A stretch of 64,000 nt of DNA, from the NCBI GenBank assembly GCA_965223325.1, contig CBDCWI010000002.1:960001-1024000 (forward strand). The letters run 5' to 3'. This DNA is from Candidatus Multivoradales bacterium (GTDB taxonomy: Bacteria > Acidobacteriota > Thermoanaerobaculia > Multivoradales > Multivoraceae). Positions 10,745 to 21,180 of the stretch are shown piece by piece; the stretch's first letter is position 1; each line of letters opens with the position of its first letter. The position numbers were made by a program, and so were the translations under genes. The notes below the pieces were generated by a model. The model did not search any database, had not been told where the DNA came from, and saw only the letters and a program-made list of their open reading frames with translations.

Positions 10745-11041
10745 TTGCGGCTGGTCGTCCTTCGGTCTGCCGAGACGCAGATCCGTGAGGCGAGTGAGTG
10801 GTGGTACGAGAATCGGAAAGGTGCCGATGGAGCCTTTCGCAGCGAACTGTCGCGGGCGTTCGGTCTCGTTCTCCGCTTCCCACGCTCGGGCGCGCTGGCC
10901 ACTCATGCCGAGCTCCCTGGTGTTCGCCGAATCCTCATGCCTCGAACGAGCTACTACCTCTACTACCACCTTGTTGATGAGCACACCGTCGAAGTCCTCG
11001 CTCTCTGGCACACGAGCCGCGGAGAAGAGGCTCCAGTGTGA
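10745..11041 (+). CDS. Type II toxin, RelE/ParE family
   Basis: 98 aa: AETQIREASEWWYE...FPRSG...VRRILMPRTSYYLYY...VEVLALWHTSR. Confidence 0.88.
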   Translation: MRLVVLRSAETQIREASEWWYENRKGADGAFRSELSRAFGLVLRFPRSGALATHAELPGVRRILMPRTSYYLYYHLVDEHTVEVLALWHTSRGEEAPV

Positions 11042-11046
11042 GGGCA

Positions 11047-11131
11047 GCCGAACAACTGGCTGCAGCAGACACGAACCCCGGGCTCGCTGCACTCGCTCGG
11101 GCTTCGCGCCAGTGATGCTCGTCCGTTAGCT
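11047..11131 (+). mobile_element. Integron attC site (85 bp)
   Basis: Begins GCCGAAC 5 nt after the toxin stop, has a central hairpin (CCCGGGC...GCTCGGG), ends GTTAGCT. The next ATG follows 4 nt later. Confidence 0.75.
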
Positions 11132-11135
11132 GACA

Positions 11136-11585
11136 ATGACCAGGATCTACCTCGCGCTTTGTCTCTTGTTGGCCGGAGTCAACACTGCAATTGCCGGTCC
11201 AGACTCCGCAACGCCTTGGTGCGAGTACTTCGATTCCGTCTGCGAGAGCCTCGGGCCTCTCGAGCAGGCATACATCGGCGCCTATGCACCGGGAGCGACG
11301 GATTCGCTACCGGCCGCCCATATGCGCCTTGCCGCGCTTGGGGCTGGTGAATTCCAGCACTGGGTAACCTGGCCCATCCATGGCCTACGGATCGAATCGC
11401 TCGAGGTTGAGCTCTTCGCTCGTGAGGCCGGATCGAGATCAGTGGAGAACCTCGTCGCTGACATGGCGTTGTCGGACTTTTTCGCTACCCCGGTGTTCTG
11501 TGCAAGTGCCCCGAGCATCATTCGGATCATCGTGCCTCAGATCGAGGTAGTGTCCAGAGAAGTGGTGTACGAGCCCTCAGGGTAG
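11136..11585 (+). CDS. Hypothetical secreted protein, probable gene cassette ORF
   Basis: ATG directly after the attC core site. Signal peptide MTRIYLALCLLLAGVNTAIA. Confidence 0.6.
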   Translation: MTRIYLALCLLLAGVNTAIAGPDSATPWCEYFDSVCESLGPLEQAYIGAYAPGATDSLPAAHMRLAALGAGEFQHWVTWPIHGLRIESLEVELFAREAGSRSVENLVADMALSDFFATPVFCASAPSIIRIIVPQIEVVSREVVYEPSG

Positions 11586-11705
11586 TCGTCGTCGAACCTG
11601 TGGGTGTCAGATTCCACAGGCCGCGCGCCCGGACTTGAGGCTTGACGGCCACTGCGGGATCCTTGGTTTGAACAAAAACCAAACAACCAAGGAGGAATCC
11701 CAACA

Positions 11706-12029
11706 GTGACCAACAACAGCATGACCCTTCCCGAATCGATCCGCAACACCGTCGAGCAAGAGCCCGACCTTCTGCGTCAGGCGGTACAGCTCGTGGCCCA
11801 GCAGCTCATGAGCGCCGAGGCCGATTCGTTGTGCGGTGCCGCCTATGGCACGCGCACCGAGAAACGCATCAACCAAGGCAACGGCTACAGGACCCGAACC
11901 TGGGACACCCGAGTCGGCACGCTCGATCTCGCCATTCCCAAGCTGCGTCGCGGCAGCTACTTCCCCGAGTGGCTCCTTGAGCCTCGGCGGCGAGCTGAGC
12001 GCGCCCTGTTCTCCGTCATCGCTGAGAGC

Positions 12030-12032
<3 letters not shown>
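11706..12032 (+). pseudogene. IS256-family transposase, N-terminal fragment
   Basis: NGYRTRTWDTRVGTLDLAIPKLRRGSYFPEWLLEPRRRAERAL. It stops exactly at the IS3-type inverted repeat at 12030. Confidence 0.9.
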
Positions 12033-12584
<552 letters not shown>

Positions 12585-14867
12585 TCAGAACTCGAGGTCG
12601 ATGCCCAGGAGCAGAGTCCGGGGAAGCCCTGGACGCGCACCATAGGGCCGCCTCGCCACCACGTACTCTTCGCCGAGCAGGTTGCGCGCCTGCAGGTAGA
12701 GTCGCCCCTTGCTGCCCACCCGCCAACTGGTCGAAAGATCGGTGACCCAACGGCTGTCGATACTCTCCTCCGGTGCGATCGGTCCGTGCCCGGCCGTCGA
12801 CCTCGACTGGTCTTGAAATGCCACCGAAAGGTCGACGCCGAAGCGTGCTCCGTGTGCACCGGCGCGCAGCGCCAGTTGGTGCTCCGGGAGGTACGGCAAG
12901 GCATCGCCGCGCTCGACGAACGGTGCCCAATCGGCGAAGCCGGTCGAAAAGGAGGTGCGGAACTCCGCCCTGGTGAGGGTGTAGGAAAACGACAACGGGA
13001 CATCGAAGCGGCGACCCGCCGCCAGCCGTGTGCGGACCGAGGCCTCGACACCGCGCACGTCGACACCGCCGCCGTTCCACAGCTCACCCGTGGCTGCCCC
13101 ACCGCCGGAGACCGTTTCGATGCCCAGCAGATTGCTGAAGTCGTTCCAAAAGCCGATCACCGCGCTCGACCACCGCTGACCTTGCCAACGATGGCCAGCC
13201 TCGATGTTGAGGCTCTCTTCCGGCCGCGTCTGCTCGTCGCGGCCGGCACCCGGAGGCGAAAAACCTTTGTGCAGGCCGAGCACGAGGCGCTGCCTTTGGC
13301 CGATTGCCCAGGTCGCACCAAGGCCCGGGATCAAAACATCGACGCCGTTCGACCGGACCCGGGCCGGCCCGGAAAGGCGCTCGGGGTCCGAGCGCAAGAA
13401 GTCGAAGCGCTGGTAGTCGATGTTCTCGTAGCGCACTCCCGCGGTCAGTGTCAGCCGCGCGAAGCGCACCGTGTCCTGGACGTACAAAGAGAACGCATCG
13501 GCCTGTGAAAGGCGGTTCGCCTGGCTGCCCGGAGACCCCTTGTGTGACAGAACGAGACCCCCGCGACGCATCGTGTAGAAATCGTCGGCCTGCAGACGGT
13601 CCTCGGCATCCTGGTGAATGCGACCGCCAACTTCGAGACCATGCTCCACTCTGGCGTGCCCTGGGCCGTCGCCGCCGAGAGTAAGGCCAAGCGTGACTTC
13701 GGCACCTCGCGAGCTGTAGTCGCGAGCGTTGTGTCTGAGAGTGAGCGCAGCGCTTTCACTGTCGGCTTCGCCACGCAGGATCGCAAGCCACTCGGGATAC
13801 GCCGCGGGGTTCGCAAGCACGGCGGCGTTGGAGGTGCCTCCGATCTTCTCGTTCTTGAACCAGTCACGCGCAAAGCTGTTGTCGTAGCCCGTGGCCGTGA
13901 TATCGAAGCGTCCGCCAGCGAACGCGAACCAGCGCAACTGCACCTGCTCGTGGTCGGTGGTGATGGCGTCGAGCGCCGAAGCAGCGTAGCGTCTGAAGGG
14001 TGTTGCCCGGACATCGGCGTCGGTGAGTCCCAGGTAAGTCTCGTCGCCGCGCTGCAGCGTGTTGCCCAGCTTGAGCACCAGACTGTGCTGCAGAGGCGCC
14101 TCGGAGCTCGCCGAGTAGCGCAGCTTCCCGAGGTAGTCATGAAGCTTGAAGCCACTGTCGGGCCGGTGACCCGCCGCGTCCGGATCCACGGTCTTGAACC
14201 CGTCCGAAGAGTGCTGAAACGTCTCGAGCAGATAGCTCCAGCGCTCACCCGAACCACCGGCCATCGCGCGCAGCCGACCCGTTCCGTGACTACCCGCTGC
14301 GGCATCGATCGAGAAGCCGCGGCGTGGCGGAACCGGTGTCGAGATCAGGTTGATCACCCCACCGGTCGTGTAGGGCCCCTGACGCACCGACGCGGTGCCC
14401 TTTTGCACTTCGATCGCGTCCATGCGCCCGATGGTCGGAAAGTAGTAGGCCGCAGGCGCCGTGTAGGGAGCGGGCGCGATCAGCACCCCGTCTTCGAGCA
14501 GGGTGATCTTCTGGCTGCGTTCGACTCCGGTCCCGCGTAGCCCAATGTTGGGTCTGAGTCCGTAGCCGTCCTCGTCCTGAACGAGGATGCCCGGCACCTG
14601 TTGAAGCGCCCGATGAACATCCGTATGTCCCTGCCGACTCAGTTCAGCGCGATCCAGATAGTGCGCCGATCCGGGCGTATCGAGCGCCCGCTCGGCGCTA
14701 CCAATTACGGTCACGCGCTCACGTAGCTCGACTTCGGGTACCTTCGTGGGCGGCGTCTTCGCCCCAGATCCCTCGCTCCAGGCGGCGGGTCCGGCGAGCC
14801 AGAAGAGCACCAAGGCAACACCTGAAAGAACCCAACGGCCGGAGACCGTCGAAGAGCACTCAAACAT
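12585..14867 (-). CDS. TonB-dependent receptor, FecA-like
   Basis: Plug motifs EDGYGLRPNIGLRG, RSQKITLLEDGVLIAPAPY and GPYTTGGVINLIS. Ends with RPYGARPGLPR and a terminal Phe. GGGAG RBS before ATG 14867. Confidence 0.92.
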   Translation of the reverse strand: MFECSSTVSGRWVLSGVALVLFWLAGPAAWSEGSGAKTPPTKVPEVELRERVTVIGSAERALDTPGSAHYLDRAELSRQGHTDVHRALQQVPGILVQDEDGYGLRPNIGLRGTGVERSQKITLLEDGVLIAPAPYTAPAAYYFPTIGRMDAIEVQKGTASVRQGPYTTGGVINLISTPVPPRRGFSIDAAAGSHGTGRLRAMAGGSGERWSYLLETFQHSSDGFKTVDPDAAGHRPDSGFKLHDYLGKLRYSASSEAPLQHSLVLKLGNTLQRGDETYLGLTDADVRATPFRRYAASALDAITTDHEQVQLRWFAFAGGRFDITATGYDNSFARDWFKNEKIGGTSNAAVLANPAAYPEWLAILRGEADSESAALTLRHNARDYSSRGAEVTLGLTLGGDGPGHARVEHGLEVGGRIHQDAEDRLQADDFYTMRRGGLVLSHKGSPGSQANRLSQADAFSLYVQDTVRFARLTLTAGVRYENIDYQRFDFLRSDPERLSGPARVRSNGVDVLIPGLGATWAIGQRQRLVLGLHKGFSPPGAGRDEQTRPEESLNIEAGHRWQGQRWSSAVIGFWNDFSNLLGIETVSGGGAATGELWNGGGVDVRGVEASVRTRLAAGRRFDVPLSFSYTLTRAEFRTSFSTGFADWAPFVERGDALPYLPEHQLALRAGAHGARFGVDLSVAFQDQSRSTAGHGPIAPEESIDSRWVTDLSTSWRVGSKGRLYLQARNLLGEEYVVARRPYGARPGLPRTLLLGIDLEF

Positions 14868-14914
14868 CAAGACTCCCTCAGGGAGGGCCCAGGAAGGCCC
14901 GAAAACGTTGAAAG

Positions 14915-14972
14915 TGGACCGCAGCGGTCCAGATTTTCGAAAATTGTGGACCCAGCTGGTCCGGATTGTCAA
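14915..14972 (-). promoter_or_regulatory. Sigma70-type promoter with two GGACC-N5-GGTCC operators
   Basis: Minus strand TTGACA (14972-14967), 18-nt spacer, CACAAT (14948-14943). Palindromes at 14915-14931 and 14947-14963. Confidence 0.65.
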
Positions 14973-15149
14973 GAATCCATTTCCCGGTAGTTTCCGCAGC
15001 CGTCTACGGGTTCGCCGGGTCTTGCCAGGCCCTCCGGAAGCCACGCGACTGGCCGCCGCGCTTCGCTAACATCCGAGGCCCTCATGCCTGCCAGGATCGA
15101 GACCAGAGCCAACCTTTGTTGCGCTCACCGCCGCGCTGCTGTGCCTCTG

Positions 15150-15673
15150 CTCGGGGAATCTGCGCGGGCGGCGGGTGTTGGAGCGCTCTGTGAGTTTCGA
15201 CACGGGAACATACTGACGTTGGTCGATGCGGTCGAACCATCAGATGTCGTCATCTTTGCGGCTCTCGGTGACACGCTGGGCCCCCTTGACGAGACGATTC
15301 GTATCCTCCGACGGTTTGCGAAGCCAGACGGCGTCGTACTGGTAAGCGACAGCTACATTCGCGAAGGCGAAGGTGAGTTCCCCGGTTCGAGAACTACGTC
15401 GACCGCAGCGAATCGATCCGGCGTCTCACATCGTGCGGCGACGATCTGATTCGCGAGGTCGCAGAACCGGCCGACCCTGAGGGCAAAAGTGGCGACTATG
15501 AAGCCTCTTTGATACGGGCCAGGGCAGAAAGCGTTGCCGCGAAACATCCCGAACTTCGGCAGGATCGCTTAGCTTACGCATTAGCACAGGCGGCTGAGTA
15601 TGACTTTCTACAGAACAGTTTCGTCGGGACGCTTTGGGTCCTCCGACGGTCTCAAGATCTAGTTGGGAAGTGA
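15150..15673 (+). pseudogene. 5'-truncated, frameshifted class I SAM methyltransferase-like gene
   Basis: CEFRHGNIL...DVVIFAALGDTLG...AKPDGVVLVSDSY continues after a frameshift near 15386 as FENYVDR...AAEYDFL...LWVLRR to TGA 15673. No GxGxG motif remains. Confidence 0.55.
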
Positions 15674-15969
15674 GGGCGCCGCCGGACTAGGTCGGTCGCG
15701 TCACTCTCTCTTGACCTCCGGTGAGATTCCTTTCAGCCCACCGAGCGCGATGCCCGCTGCCCGAACTACCGGCTGCACGGTGCCCCCCGCTGCACGGTGC
15801 CCCACACCACCGCGGAGCCCGCGAGTCGAGTTCGACTGGTGTGTTCGCGAGGTGGCACAAGCTCTTCCTGCACGTGTCGGCCGATCATGTGGTTATGTTC
15901 ACTCTCGGCAGCATCACTCTCGGCAGCATCGCGCTCGCCCCTTGAGGGATAAGCTGGTCCTGCATGAGG

Positions 15970-18624
15970 TCAGCCGCTCGATAGCACCTGCTCGACGTCG
16001 TTGGCCCGAAGGGTCGCACCGGTTCGTCCGAAGAAATCGCGGGCGGCCTCGAGGCACTCTGCTCGGTATTCGACCAGCGGTATCGGCTCGCGCAGTATCG
16101 GTAGCGAAGCGTCCCACAGTCTCTCCGCCTCGTGGTCCGCGCCTCGGCCCGCGAGAGCTCTGGCGATCCGGCAGCGTGCGATCGCCGGGACGTAGTGCCC
16201 GTCCGGGAGCGTCTTCCTGAGTACATCGAGCGCCGCCCGGCCTCGGCGCTCGGCGGCTGCCCACTCCTCGCGCTCGAGATGAATGCCGGTCAGGGAGAGC
16301 AGGGGGAAAGCGTTCTTATGGGCATTGGGCGGATAGAGCTCGCGGAAGATGGCCGCGGCGCGCTCGTGCATGCCCTCGGCCTCGTCGAGACGTCCTAAAG
16401 ACGCCAGTGCAGTACCGAGGTTTTGAAAGGCGTCCCCCGCCATGTCGCTCACCTCGCCATGCACGCGCACCCTCGCTTCGACGAGCCGACGGTAGAGCCG
16501 CTCCGCACCCTCGTGTTCGCCGGCGTACGAGCGGGCCACCGCCAGGTTGTTGACCGCGACGAGAGTCATCCGGTGATCCGGTCCGAGCTGCTCCTCCAGT
16601 CCCTCGATGACTTGCGCGAAGTGCTGGTCTGCCTCTCTGTAGCGCTGCACGACGCCCAGCGACTGAGCCAGCCCCATACGGGCCAGTAGCGTCGGCACTG
16701 AGGTCTCCCCGGATTGCTGGCGCCTCAGCTGCCATGCCTTCTCGGCCGCCGAAACGGCGCGCTCAGACTCGCCCAACCGGCGCAGCACGTCCGAGAGAGT
16801 GCGCTGTGCCTCGGCCATGAGCTCGACTTCGAGGGATCCTCGGGCATCGAGCTCGAGAACCTCGATGAGATGGCGCTCCGCCGCTGGCAGCTCGTAGCGC
16901 GTGTCTTCGATCGAGGCCAGGTCGACGAGGGCCCACGCCAGCTCCGATCGGCGCGATGCGGGGAGCTCGCGGGCCAGCTCGAGGCGTCGCTCGGCCAGCC
17001 CTAGAGCCACGTCCATCTCGTCGACTTCGGCTTGAAGCTGGGCGAGCCGGCCGAGGCTCTCGAGCGCCTCGCGGCTGGACGCACCTCCATTCGCGGAGCG
17101 CCAGTCGGTGACTTCGCGTCGCAGGGGCAGCGCACGCTCCGGTGTTCCGAGGTTCTGGTAGACGTCGGCAATCGCCTCCAGCAGCACGACCCGCAGCTCG
17201 GGTCGGTCTACAAGCTCCTCGCGCACCCGCAGGAGCCCGACGTCGAGCGCCTCGACCACCGTGATGCGTCGCCCACGCTCGGGATCGGCGGGCGCATAGG
17301 GATCGGCGCTCTCGAACAGCTCGACCAAAAACTGCTGGACTTCTTCGGCACGTCGTGCTTCTCGCTCGGCGGCGTTTCTCTGCTCGGTGAGCTCACGGTT
17401 GTGCTGGGTGACCGTGACAAGATAGGCCAGGGTCGACACCAGCACCACCAGCGAGGCCGGCGCCAGCCAACGGTGGCGCTCCGCTGCCTTGCGAGCCCTG
17501 TACGACCAGGTGTCGGGGCGCGCGGAGATGACGTGGCCCTTCGAATGGCAGCGTATGTCCTCGGCCAACTGTTCGACCGAGTCGTAGCGCCGCTCCGGCT
17601 CGGGCTGGAGGGCGCGGTGCAGGATGGTGTCGAGGTCCCCGCGCAATCGTCTACGAAGCGCCGAAACCGACGACGCGCGCCGGTCGGCCGCCGTTCTCGC
17701 TTTATCGTCGTGGCCGAGAGCGGCGCTGGCACGCTCGGGATCGCCGTCCGGGCGCCCCCGAGGTCGGCGGCCGACCAGCAGCTGAAAGAGCAGGATGCCG
17801 AGCTGGTAGACGTCCGTCGCTGTCGAGATGGGCTCGCCGCGCAGCTGTTCGGGGCTTGCGACCTCGGGAGTGAAAAGCCGTTGGCCAGTTCGGGTGTCGT
17901 GACGGCTTTCGTCGTCGAGGAGCTTGGCGATACCGAAGTCGAGCAGCTTGACCCTCCCGTCGGCAACCAGGATGTTCGACGGCTTCAGGTCGCGATGCAC
18001 GACCAGCCGGGCGTGCGCGGCACGCACTGCCTGGGCCACTTCGACGAACAGCCGCAAGCGCGCATCGACGCCGAGTCGCAGCCGGTCGCAGTGCTCAGTG
18101 ATCGGACGGCCTTCGATGTACTCCATGGCGAGGAACGGGCGGCCGCCTTGGCTCACACCGGTGTCGTAGAAGCGCGCGATGCCGGGATGGGTCAGCGCGG
18201 CGAGAATGTGACGCTCGCGTGCGAAGCGGCGAATCACGTCGTCAGTGTCTACGCCTCGCCGCAGGACCTTGAGCGCGGCACGCTGTTCGATGCCGTTTTC
18301 TCTGCGTACGCCGAGGTACACGGTCCCCATGCCTCCTCTCCCGATCTCGCGCTCGATCCGGTAGGCGCCGAGCACCTCAGGAATGTCTTCGCCGAACAGC
18401 GCCTGGGGGCCGGTCGTCAGAAGCTCGGCAGGAAAAGCTTCGAGTCGCTCGGAAGATCCCTCGAGCTCGAGCAGCGTGGTGAGCAGCTCGAGGAGCTCAC
18501 GGTCGCCCTCAGAGCGACACTCGAGGAACGCTCGGCGCTCCTCTGGCGCCAACTCGAGAGCCGCTTCCAGAAGCGGGTCGATCTCCGCCCAGCGAGCCCA
18601 GACCCGGGCGCTCCGCTCAGCCAC
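15970..18624 (-). CDS. Ser/Thr protein kinase with TM segment and TPR repeats
   Basis: GRGGMG, ALK, HRDLKPSN, DFG, followed by TPR-like helical repeats. Confidence 0.95.
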   Translation of the reverse strand: MAERSARVWARWAEIDPLLEAALELAPEERRAFLECRSEGDRELLELLTTLLELEGSSERLEAFPAELLTTGPQALFGEDIPEVLGAYRIEREIGRGGMGTVYLGVRRENGIEQRAALKVLRRGVDTDDVIRRFARERHILAALTHPGIARFYDTGVSQGGRPFLAMEYIEGRPITEHCDRLRLGVDARLRLFVEVAQAVRAAHARLVVHRDLKPSNILVADGRVKLLDFGIAKLLDDESRHDTRTGQRLFTPEVASPEQLRGEPISTATDVYQLGILLFQLLVGRRPRGRPDGDPERASAALGHDDKARTAADRRASSVSALRRRLRGDLDTILHRALQPEPERRYDSVEQLAEDIRCHSKGHVISARPDTWSYRARKAAERHRWLAPASLVVLVSTLAYLVTVTQHNRELTEQRNAAEREARRAEEVQQFLVELFESADPYAPADPERGRRITVVEALDVGLLRVREELVDRPELRVVLLEAIADVYQNLGTPERALPLRREVTDWRSANGGASSREALESLGRLAQLQAEVDEMDVALGLAERRLELARELPASRRSELAWALVDLASIEDTRYELPAAERHLIEVLELDARGSLEVELMAEAQRTLSDVLRRLGESERAVSAAEKAWQLRRQQSGETSVPTLLARMGLAQSLGVVQRYREADQHFAQVIEGLEEQLGPDHRMTLVAVNNLAVARSYAGEHEGAERLYRRLVEARVRVHGEVSDMAGDAFQNLGTALASLGRLDEAEGMHERAAAIFRELYPPNAHKNAFPLLSLTGIHLEREEWAAAERRGRAALDVLRKTLPDGHYVPAIARCRIARALAGRGADHEAERLWDASLPILREPIPLVEYRAECLEAARDFFGRTGATLRANDVEQVLSSG

Positions 18625-19231
18625 GCTCGGCGGCGCTCCCGAGCGTTGGAACCGAGTCGGCGGCCAGCGAGTGCAGGAGGTAGAGACGCGCTCTTCTCCA
18701 CTGGCGTTCTACCGTGCGCTCGGACACCGCGAGTGCCTCGGCAATCTCCCGCTCGGTCAGTCCTCCGAAGAACCGGCACTCGACGATCCGCGCCATGCGC
18801 TCATCGAGCGTCGCCAGCCGCTCGAGGGCCTGGTGGAGCGCCAGCAGCTCGAAGGCGCGATCCTCGATGGCCCCGCCCTCCGTCGGCAGGGAGACCTCGA
18901 TCTGCCCGCCGCCTCGCTTGAGTGCGGTCCGGCGCCGGGCGGCGTCCACCAGGACTCGACGCATCACCTTGGAGAGGAGAGCGAAGAACTGAGGGCGACC
19001 GCGCCACTCGGGTCCGGTCGAGGAGGCGATACGCAGATACGTCTCGTGCACGAGAGCCGTCGTGTCGAGGGTGCGATCCTTGGGTTGGCTGCGGAGCTGG
19101 TGGCGGGCCAGCATCCTCAACTCGTCGTAGAGGAGCGGCATGAGGCGATCGACCGCGGACTGGTCTCCGCGCTCCCACTGTTTGACGAGGCGGGCCAGGC
19201 AATCGGTCTCTGAAGGCATCTGCGAAGACAT
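18617..19231 (-). CDS. ECF sigma factor, STK-associated type
   Basis: LYDELRMLA, TLDTTALVHETYLR, MRRVLVDAARRR..KRGG, VECRFFGGL. Overlaps the kinase start. Confidence 0.92.
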   Translation of the reverse strand: MSSQMPSETDCLARLVKQWERGDQSAVDRLMPLLYDELRMLARHQLRSQPKDRTLDTTALVHETYLRIASSTGPEWRGRPQFFALLSKVMRRVLVDAARRRTALKRGGGQIEVSLPTEGGAIEDRAFELLALHQALERLATLDERMARIVECRFFGGLTEREIAEALAVSERTVERQWRRARLYLLHSLAADSVPTLGSAAERG

Positions 19232-19493
19232 GACACCTCGGGGAGCCCCCGAGCCCGGAGGACTTGCGGCCAGGGGGCGGCTCGAACACACAGTGCAGGG
19301 CCCGCCAGCTTAGCAGGCAGCCCAACGATAGGACGTGTCGGGTTCTGCCGATGGAATGCGATTGGTTCTATGGAGGGCGTCTGCGCGCCGACTCGTGGCG
19401 CCACGAGCGCTCTCCGGTCCGGAGGTGGCGACCTCGACGCTCCGGGCCGCTCGAAACCGCGGGTTTTCCACTCTCGAATCCTGGAGGCTATCC

Positions 19494-20930
19494 ATGTCGC
19501 TCATCCACTCCTCGATCGCCGCTGCTTCTTCGCTCGGACCCTCAGCCGTCCGTATTGCCGGACTGGCTCTCATCGCGTGTCTCTTTGTCCTCCCGGCAAC
19601 CGCCCAGGATGCCCGCATCGTCGACGCGAGGCCCGAGCAGTGGATCGACGGTCCAGACCTCGTACAGCCGGGCAGCGGTCGCAACGAGCCCGACGTGGCG
19701 GTCGACGCTCGACGGCGAGCCATCCACGTCTGGCATGCCTTCGGGGATGAGCTCGGCAACCGAAACGATATCTTCCTGCGTCGTATCGGGCCCGACGACG
19801 TTCCGCTCGAGGATCCGAGAATCGTCAACACGACCATCGAGGACGACCAGCTGCGTCCGCGCGTCGCCGTCAATTCCAACGGCTGGTTCTACGTCGTCTG
19901 GCAGAGTGACGAGTTCGACGCAGGAGCCGAAGCCGATCGCCGCTGGGTGCGAGGCCAGCTGTTCGATTCGGAAGGTCAGCCGCACGGCTCGGAACACCTG
20001 GTGAGCCACCTGTCACCCGGCAACACGACCGGCAACAACGCGCGGGTCGCCGCTCTCGACGACGACTCGTTCGTCGTGGTGTGGGACTCCCGCGCTTCGT
20101 TGGGCAGCGACTCTCAGCCCTGTATGCCTGGCGGTGTTCCCGATGGCTGCGATACGAAGAGCGTCCAGGCCCGCCTCGTCGGGTCCGACGGCACGCTGCT
20201 CGGGGATCAGTTCCAGGTCAACCTGGCGGTCGACGGATGGCAGCACGAGCCCGCCGTTGCCGGAACGGCAGACGGCGGCTTCCTCGTCGTATGGCACAGC
20301 CAGAACTCGATCGGTAGCGATTCGAGCAGCTTCTCGGTCCAGGCCCGGCAGTTCAACTCGAACGGATCACCTTCGGGGAGCGACTTCCAGGTCAACACCA
20401 CAACGACCGGAGCTCAGTACCGGCCGGAGATCGCGCGCACCACGGTCGGGTCTCTGCTCGTAGTCTACGAGTCGCCCAACGCTGCCGGAGATCGCTCGAG
20501 CATTCGAGCGCGACACTTTGGGACCGACGTCAATCCGACCGGCAACGACTTCCAGATCCCCACCTCCAATTCCGCGGACGATCACTTCGAGGCGGAAGTC
20601 GCGGGAATGTACGAGAACTTCCTGGTCGCCTGGAGGCCCGACGTCGGCGTCGGCACCGATCCCGACCGGTCGATCAATGCCCGCATCGTGCGCGGATCGA
20701 ACCTGTTCACAGGCGCTGAGTTCCAGGTCAATACGTTCGAGGACACCGCCCAGGGGCAAGTCACACTCGGCGGTCGGCCCGACGAGGTCGTCTTCACGTG
20801 GCGAAGTGCAAGCAACCCTCTCGAGAACGACGACTCGATCCGCGGGCTGGGCATGCTCTTCTGCGAGCTGTTCTGCGACGACTTCGAGACCTCCGACCCC
20901 AGCCGGTGGGACGCCGCCGTGACCCCTTGA
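19494..20930 (+). CDS. Secreted repeat protein (FQVN..T...Q..P.VA...G.F.VVW repeats) with terminal 'LFCDDFETSDPSRW' motif
   Basis: GGAGG RBS, signal peptide, and about six repeats of the motif. Confidence 0.8.
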   Translation: MSLIHSSIAAASSLGPSAVRIAGLALIACLFVLPATAQDARIVDARPEQWIDGPDLVQPGSGRNEPDVAVDARRRAIHVWHAFGDELGNRNDIFLRRIGPDDVPLEDPRIVNTTIEDDQLRPRVAVNSNGWFYVVWQSDEFDAGAEADRRWVRGQLFDSEGQPHGSEHLVSHLSPGNTTGNNARVAALDDDSFVVVWDSRASLGSDSQPCMPGGVPDGCDTKSVQARLVGSDGTLLGDQFQVNLAVDGWQHEPAVAGTADGGFLVVWHSQNSIGSDSSSFSVQARQFNSNGSPSGSDFQVNTTTTGAQYRPEIARTTVGSLLVVYESPNAAGDRSSIRARHFGTDVNPTGNDFQIPTSNSADDHFEAEVAGMYENFLVAWRPDVGVGTDPDRSINARIVRGSNLFTGAEFQVNTFEDTAQGQVTLGGRPDEVVFTWRSASNPLENDDSIRGLGMLFCELFCDDFETSDPSRWDAAVTP

Positions 20931-21074
20931 ACGACCAGAGCGTGACGATCTTGTCCCGACCGTCGATGCTCTTCTTCCCCGATGGGTCGCGGAAGAGAAA
21001 AAGGAAATCCGTGCGGTCCGACGGCCTGGCGATTGTGCCAAGTGTAGCGTCGCGATGTGCGGATGGGACGAAGA

Positions 21075-21180
21075 GCTAGCGCGCCTGCCTGTGAAGTACT
21101 GGCGCGTGCCCAGGAGATCTCTCGCGGCTCTCACCTTCTTCGAGTAGACGTAGGCCATCGGGAAGTTCCCGCCCGCAAGC
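21075..21180 (-). pseudogene. Short IS110-family transposase remnant
   Basis: LAGGNFPMAYVYSKKVRAARDLLGTR resembles the IS110 segment LLRGG.FP.AYVYP..MRA.RDLLRRR, recalled from memory. Confidence 0.5.

Noticed and set aside
15770-15932. Two short duplications (CTGCACGGTGCCCC twice, CACTCTCGGCAGCAT twice) as a possible CRISPR or iteron
   Set aside because: Only two units each, with no spacers and no cas or rep gene; consistent with slippage.
17032-18921. 629-aa plus-strand ORF, and similar long shadow ORFs such as 12432..13508, 30101..31195 and 55527..56621
   Set aside because: Antisense to well-supported genes; expected in high-GC DNA and lacking recognisable motifs.
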